Source: Ornithinibacter sp. (GTDB taxonomy: Bacteria > Actinomycetota > Actinomycetes > Actinomycetales > Dermatophilaceae). From it: a stretch of 64,000 nucleotides of DNA. The DNA is taken from positions 9,694 to 73,693 of the forward strand of contig JAQSWG010000034.1 of assembly GCA_029266735.1 (NCBI GenBank), given 5' to 3'. Within the stretch, counting starts at the first letter, position 1, and every line of letters begins with the position of its first letter. Below the pieces are notes generated by a model, which did no database searches, was not told the origin of the DNA, and saw nothing but the letters and a program-made list of their open reading frames with translations. The translations under genes were made by a program, and so were the position numbers. This document shows, piece by piece, positions 59,075 through 64,000 of this stretch.

Positions 59075-59575
59075 GTGACTCGGCTTCTGGGTGTTCTTCT
59101 TGCGGTGCCCCTCCTGGCCGGATGCACGGTGGAGCCTGTTGGCAAGGCCGGGATCGGCGTGGACGCCGAAGGGGGGCTGATCGGGTACATAGCCGTATGT
59201 GACAAGCACATCGACGGGGCGACGCTCTACTACGACGAGGGGAGCGCGACTGACTCCCAGGAAGTCACCGCCGGAGTCTGGACATCCGACCAACCAGTTA
59301 CAGCGCTGGCCGGGTGGTCACTGGCAGGTCACACGAGTGGATGGACCACGACCACCCCGCTCAAGGCGCTCGAGGCAGACCGCACCTATTCCTTGTACGG
59401 GTGGACCCACCACAACAGCGGCTCAGCAGTGGACGTCAGCCTCACCCCCGCCCAGCTGGAGGATCTCACCCCGGGCAAGGTGTACTTCATCGACCACTAC
59501 GACGTCGCCCAGAACCGGGACGTGTACGCGATGAGGTCACCAGCTGAGTTTCGAAAGGCGGCTTGCAGACCCTGA
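59075..59575 (+). CDS. Hypothetical lipoprotein
   Basis: Lipobox LLAGC after a hydrophobic stretch; alternative start ATG 59030. Confidence 0.7.
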   Translation: MTRLLGVLLAVPLLAGCTVEPVGKAGIGVDAEGGLIGYIAVCDKHIDGATLYYDEGSATDSQEVTAGVWTSDQPVTALAGWSLAGHTSGWTTTTPLKALEADRTYSLYGWTHHNSGSAVDVSLTPAQLEDLTPGKVYFIDHYDVAQNRDVYAMRSPAEFRKAACRP

Positions 59576-59755
59576 GCTCGGGTGTCTGCCGCGCGAGTTG
59601 CGGCACGAGCGCGCGCGTGCGGACCGCCCACCGTCGGCGGCGGCGCCCTGGCATTCCTCTCTTCGCGGCGGGCTCATCGATCTCGGAGCCGGGGGGATGC
59701 TGTTGACTGTGCCTGTTCACGTCCCGCTGTTGCCCGCGTCTGGGCGGAGGCCTCC

Positions 59756-60322
59756 ATGGGTAAGTTGATCTACGCGGCCAACATCTCGCTCGACGGCTTC
59801 CTCGAGGACGAGACGGGTTCGTTCGACTGGTCCGTGCCGGACGAGGACGTGCACGCGTTCTGGAACGAGCACGAGCGGCACATCGGCACGTCGCTCTACG
59901 GGCGACGCATGTACGAGTCGATGCGCGTGTGGGAGAGCGACGACTGGTTGACGAACGAGCCAGAGGTGGTCCGCGAGTACGCCGGGATCTGGCGTGACGC
60001 TGACAAGGTCGTCTACTCCACCTCACTCACCGACGTGTCGACCGCGCGCACGAGGATCGAGCGGCAGTTCGAGCCCGAGGCGGTACGACGGCTCAAGGAG
60101 ACCTCCGGCTCGGACCTGAGCATCGGAGGCGCGGGGATCGCGGCCGAGGCCTTCCGGCACGGCCTGGTCGACGAGTGCGTACTGCTGCTGTGCCCGGTCC
60201 TCGTCGGTGGCGGCAAGCCGGCGCTGCCTCGAGGTGTACGACTCGACCTCGAGCTGCTTGACCATCGACGATTCGACAACGGCGTGGTCTACGTCCGTCA
60301 CGCGGTCCGGCATCCCGCCTGA
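59756..60322 (+). CDS. Dihydrofolate reductase-like (RibD C-terminal) family protein
   Basis: KLIYAANISLDGFL, LYGRRMYE, IGGA, VDE...PVLVGGGKP; RBS GGAGG. Confidence 0.9.
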   Translation: MGKLIYAANISLDGFLEDETGSFDWSVPDEDVHAFWNEHERHIGTSLYGRRMYESMRVWESDDWLTNEPEVVREYAGIWRDADKVVYSTSLTDVSTARTRIERQFEPEAVRRLKETSGSDLSIGGAGIAAEAFRHGLVDECVLLLCPVLVGGGKPALPRGVRLDLELLDHRRFDNGVVYVRHAVRHPA

Positions 60323-60355
60323 CACCTGCGCCGGCCGCGGCATGTGCGTGCGTTG

Positions 60356-60949
60356 CTAGGGCTGGTACCGGAAGCCGCCGTCAGCGCAGAACGCAGTGCT
60401 GGCGTAGTGGTCATTGGTAAGGCATTGGCCGTCTGCCAGACCCTGGCAGTTTGCAGCCCCAGGTTCTCCCGGAGCGACGACGAAGGTGACGATCACGCGG
60501 TCGCGCTTGACCTCGATCTCCGGCTCCTTGACCGTGCCCGTCACGCCGCTGTTGCACCCCACTCGGGTCACGAGGACCTCAAGCTGTTTCGACGTGGGAC
60601 CGACCTCTTGTCCCGGCGCGAGCGTCCACGAGGCGTCGGCGGTGTCGCCCGGCAACGCTCCACAGCCGCCGAGGAGCACGTCCGCGCCTGAGACCCTCTG
60701 TGCGCGGTACGGCCTCAGCCGTCGAGGCTCCGGTGCGTAGGTGACGCTGACACAGTCGTTCACGCGTAGGCGCTGCGTGACCTGGTCCTTTACGAAGCAC
60801 TCGCCACTGGCCTCCGGCCCACCGATACAGACAGTGTGGGTGTCGACCTCAGTCACTGGCCCGACGTAGGTCCGCGTCTCCGCGCCGGACCTGGTGCAGC
60901 CCGCGATCATCACCGAAGCAGCGAGCGCTGCGAGCAGCAGCCGAATCAT
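60356..60949 (-). CDS. Hypothetical lipoprotein, possibly a chimera of two lipoprotein genes
   Basis: N-terminal lipobox IAGC plus an internal lipobox LLGGC at residue 96. Confidence 0.55.
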   Translation of the reverse strand: MIRLLLAALAASVMIAGCTRSGAETRTYVGPVTEVDTHTVCIGGPEASGECFVKDQVTQRLRVNDCVSVTYAPEPRRLRPYRAQRVSGADVLLGGCGALPGDTADASWTLAPGQEVGPTSKQLEVLVTRVGCNSGVTGTVKEPEIEVKRDRVIVTFVVAPGEPGAANCQGLADGQCLTNDHYASTAFCADGGFRYQP

Positions 60950-61207
60950 GGGACCTCCCCGCGACTACACGTTGGAAGTCATGGTCCTCCAGGCGAACCA
61001 CAACCGCACACACATAGTCAGGATCGGTCGCATGGCGCCCATCACGGCTCCTGGTCAGGCAGCCGGCTGCCCGGAGTACGTAGATAAGAGCGCCTGTCGT
61101 CGGACTCCTCATCACGGGAGCAGTCGCCCTTGAGCGCCAGCGACCTACGCGGTTCATCGGATCCGGGCGTGCGTTCCGGCCGGTCGGCAGTGGGGCAGAC
61201 TGGGCCG

Positions 61208-62602
61208 GTGAGTCCTGCACCCGACGGCGTCCAGCGCGAGGCGGCGTACCAGGTCGAGGTCAGCCGGCGGATGCGTGAGGTGGAGGCCTCCATCCTCTCC
61301 CGTGCGCCGGAGCACGACCTCGAGCCGTCCCTCGACCGGATCCGGGCTGTGATGGAGCTGCTCGGCGACCCTCAGCACACCTTCCCCGTCGTGCACGTCA
61401 CCGGCACGAACGGCAAGACGAGCACGGCCCGCATGGTGGAGTCCCTGCTGCGCGAGATCGGCCTGAAGACGGGCCGTTTCACGTCGCCGCACCTGCACTC
61501 GATGCTCGAGCGGATCGCGATCGGAGGCCGGTCGATCGAGTCGCAGCGCTTCCTGGCGGCGTACGACGAGGTCATCCCGTTCGTCGAGATGATCGACGCC
61601 CGTTCCATTCTCGACGGCGGGCCACCGATGACGTACTTCGAGGTTCTTGTCGCAGTCGCCTACGCCGCCTTCGCGGACCTGCCCGTCGACGTCGCCGTCG
61701 TCGAGGTCGGAATGGGGGGATCCTGGGACGCGACCAACGTCGTCGACGCCACCGTGTCGGTGGTCACGCCCATCGCGATCGACCACACGCACTTCCTCGG
61801 CGACACCGTCGAGGAGATCGCCACCGAGAAGTCGGGGATCATCAAGGCCGACGCCATCACGGTGTCCGGCCTGCAGGTCGAGTCGGATGCCGTCGAGGTG
61901 ATCGTCGACCGCGCGAACGAGGTCGGCGCCCGGCTGGTCGTGGAGGGCACCGACTTCGGCGTCACCGCTCGTGACACCGCGGTCGGCGGCCAGCAGATCT
62001 CCGTTCGCGGACTCGCCGGGGACTACGAGGACCTCTTCCTGCCGCTGTACGGCAGCCACCAGGCGCAGAACGCCGCGGTCGCCGTCGCCGCCGTGGAGGC
62101 TTTCCTCGGTGGCGGCGAGCAGCCGCTCGACATCGAGGTGGTCCGGGCCGGGCTCGCCGCCGTCGAGTCGCCGGGTCGGCTCGAGATCGTGCGTCGGAGC
62201 CCCACCGTGCTCGTGGACGCCGCGCACAACCCCGCGGGTGCGCGGGCGCTGCGCGATGCGATGGCCGACTCGTTCACCTTCGCCCGGCTCGTCGGCGTGG
62301 TCGCGGTCATGAAGGACAAGGAGGCCGGGCAGATGCTCGAGGCCCTCGAGCCCGTGCTCGACGAGGTCGTCGTGACGCGCACGACGTCGCCACGCGCGAT
62401 GACGCCGCGGCTGCTGGGGGAGATCGCGTCGGAGATCTTCGGTGAGCACCGGGTCACCGTCGTCGACGAGCTCCCCGACGCCCTCGACCTCGCAGCGGGC
62501 ATGGCGGATGCCGGCGGTGGCGTCAGCGGCGGGGTGCTCGCCACCGGGTCCGTCGTGACCGCCGCCGAGGTGAGGATGCTCCTCGGCACGACCTCGGTCT
62601 GA
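61208..62602 (+). CDS. folC: Folylpolyglutamate synthase / dihydrofolate synthase
   Basis: HVTGTNGKTS, FTSPHL, EVGMGGSWDATN, PGRLE, DAAHNP. Confidence 0.95.
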   Translation: MSPAPDGVQREAAYQVEVSRRMREVEASILSRAPEHDLEPSLDRIRAVMELLGDPQHTFPVVHVTGTNGKTSTARMVESLLREIGLKTGRFTSPHLHSMLERIAIGGRSIESQRFLAAYDEVIPFVEMIDARSILDGGPPMTYFEVLVAVAYAAFADLPVDVAVVEVGMGGSWDATNVVDATVSVVTPIAIDHTHFLGDTVEEIATEKSGIIKADAITVSGLQVESDAVEVIVDRANEVGARLVVEGTDFGVTARDTAVGGQQISVRGLAGDYEDLFLPLYGSHQAQNAAVAVAAVEAFLGGGEQPLDIEVVRAGLAAVESPGRLEIVRRSPTVLVDAAHNPAGARALRDAMADSFTFARLVGVVAVMKDKEAGQMLEALEPVLDEVVVTRTTSPRAMTPRLLGEIASEIFGEHRVTVVDELPDALDLAAGMADAGGGVSGGVLATGSVVTAAEVRMLLGTTSV

Positions 62603-62649
62603 CGACGGGCTGGCTCGGCCGCGCGGCATCGCGGACCTCCGCCCGCGGC

Positions 62650-63276
62650 TCAGTCGTCGAGGTCCTCCCCGGCCAGGGCCCTGGCAGCGAGGCGTTCCTC
62701 CCCGGCGAGCGTCCAGACCTGCCGGGCCGCCCCCACGTTGACGATCACGATGACGCTGCCCAGGACGATGTCGGGCCAGCCCGAGCCGGTCCAGGAGGTG
62801 ACGAGCGCCATGACGATGATCGCCAGGTTCACGGCGACGTCGGCTCGGGCCGAGAGGTAGGCCGCGCCGGTGAGCGAGCCACCGTGGTGCCGGACCCGCA
62901 CGAGGAGGACGGCGCACACGGCGTTGACCGCGGCGGCCCCACCAGCGGTGACGAGCAGTGCCGGGACATCGGGTGCCGTGGGGTCGAAGGCCTTGCTCAC
63001 CGCCTGCCACGCGGCGACCAGCGCCGGGACGAGGATGATGATCGCCATCGCGTGCCCGGCGACGGCACGGCGCGCCAGCGGCCAACCGAGCGCCAGTGCG
63101 ATGAGGAGGTTGATCGCCGTGTCCTCGAGGAAGTCGACCGAGTCGGCGAGGAGTGACACCGAGCCGATGGCGACGGCCACGACCATCTCGATCCCGGCAT
63201 ACCCGAGGTTCAGCCCCGCGACGAGGAGCACGGTGCGCCGCAGGAGTCGGGGGTCGAGCACGGAGGACGACGTCAC
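62650..63276 (-). CDS. Cation diffusion facilitator family transporter lacking the cytoplasmic C-terminal domain
   Basis: SVSLLADSVDFLED, SARAD, WPDIVLG; about 208 aa. Confidence 0.8.
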   Translation of the reverse strand: MTSSSVLDPRLLRRTVLLVAGLNLGYAGIEMVVAVAIGSVSLLADSVDFLEDTAINLLIALALGWPLARRAVAGHAMAIIILVPALVAAWQAVSKAFDPTAPDVPALLVTAGGAAAVNAVCAVLLVRVRHHGGSLTGAAYLSARADVAVNLAIIVMALVTSWTGSGWPDIVLGSVIVIVNVGAARQVWTLAGEERLAARALAGEDLDD

Positions 63277-63366
63277 GTCCACATCACACCAGAGCGCCTG
63301 ACCAGGCAGCCCGCCGCTCGACCCGCACCGATCGGCGACCAGCCGCCCGCGGCATACCCTTGCTGG

Positions 63367-63636
63367 ATGAGTCCGTTCCTCCGGCTGCTCCTCATCCTCG
63401 CCCTCGCGGTGCTCGTCTGGTGGGTCGTGACGTCGTACCGGGCGAGCCGCGGCACGACCGGCACGACGTTCACCCCCGTCGAGGATCTGGCCCCCGAGGT
63501 ACGGAACACCATCGACGCCGCTCTGGCGCGCGGAGAGCTCGTGGGCGCGATCCGGCACTACCGGGCGGCCACGGGCGCCGGCCCCAAGGAGTCGAAGGCC
63601 GCCGTGGAGACCCACCGGTGGAAGAGCGGCGCGTGA
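63367..63636 (+). CDS. Small membrane protein with an L7/L12 C-terminal-like motif
   Basis: N-terminal TM; AIRHYRAATGAGPKESKAAVE. Confidence 0.7.
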   Translation: MSPFLRLLLILALAVLVWWVVTSYRASRGTTGTTFTPVEDLAPEVRNTIDAALARGELVGAIRHYRAATGAGPKESKAAVETHRWKSGA

Positions 63637-64000
63637 GGCGGCTGCCGCTCTACGGGAGGCAGGGGAAGTTCACCTACCGGCTGCTCGCGTTGGCCCTGTT
63701 GGGCCAGTCCGTCATCCTCTCGTTCTTCGCCCTCGTCGCCCGCGGCAACGCCATCGCTGCCGGACGGCCCGAGGAGGGGCAACGGCTCCTCTGGGTGGGG
63801 CTCGGGCTCGCCCTGCTGGCGCTGGTCGCGTCGGGCCTCATGCGCCGTCCGTACGGAATCACGGCCGGCTGGGTGGTGCAGGTGCTGACGTGGGCGAGTG
63901 CGGCACTCGTCACCGCCATGGTCGGCGTCGCTCTCGTGTTCTCCGCCCTCTGGGTGCTGCTCCTCGTGCAGGGGAGGAGGGTCGACGCCATCGTCGCCGA
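63633..64000 (+). CDS. DUF4233 family membrane protein (runs off the window end)
   Basis: GTG overlapping the previous stop; GLMRRPYGITAGWVVQV; usual position downstream of folC. Confidence 0.75.
   Translation, partial: MRRLPLYGRQGKFTYRLLALALLGQSVILSFFALVARGNAIAAGRPEEGQRLLWVGLGLALLALVASGLMRRPYGITAGWVVQVLTWASAALVTAMVGVALVFSALWVLLLVQGRRVDAIVA

Noticed and set aside
4490-63357. GRCGYC methylation as the sole cause of the GKATGCCG excess
   Set aside because: It could give GATGCC but not the equally striking TATGCC variant; a different methylase remains possible
1-64000. CRISPR array, transposase, integrase or prophage genes
   Set aside because: No regularly spaced direct repeats and no ORF with mobile-element motifs, including next to the two tRNAs

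Overview
High-GC actinobacterial chromosome segment. Gene order suggests Micrococcales, probably Intrasporangiaceae-like (inference). Most of it is core genome: treX(glgX)-treY-treZ, tesB, yczR/yczE, an RqlH-type RecQ helicase, the pepN-mscS-glbO-alpha-glucosidase and dsbA-rpiB block, trmB, tRNA-Pro and tRNA-Gly, tig...clpP1-clpP2...clpX, a MoxR/DUF58/DUF4129 cluster, valS, a cobalamin-riboswitch ECF operon, T-box-controlled ileS, folC and DUF4233. I found no CRISPR array, rRNA, transposase or integrase. Four observations stand out. (1) The octamer GTATGCCG/CGGCATAC (with sister GGATGCCG/CGGCATCC) is strongly over-represented on both strands. It is built from otherwise rare codons and also caps inverted-repeat hairpins, reminiscent of uptake-sequence or HIP1-like motifs. 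(2) A B12-riboswitch operon encodes two surface-anchored proteins that together look like a split transcobalamin (alpha-barrel plus beta-domain) ahead of a CbrT-type ECF transporter. (3) Several apparent short internal deletions occur in fabG, mscS, the essential valS and a lipoprotein, which points either to assembly artefacts or to an unusual deletion process. (4) A TIMP-like membrane protein is inserted between clpP2 and clpX. All calls rest on motif recognition and recall of protein families; no searches were run.
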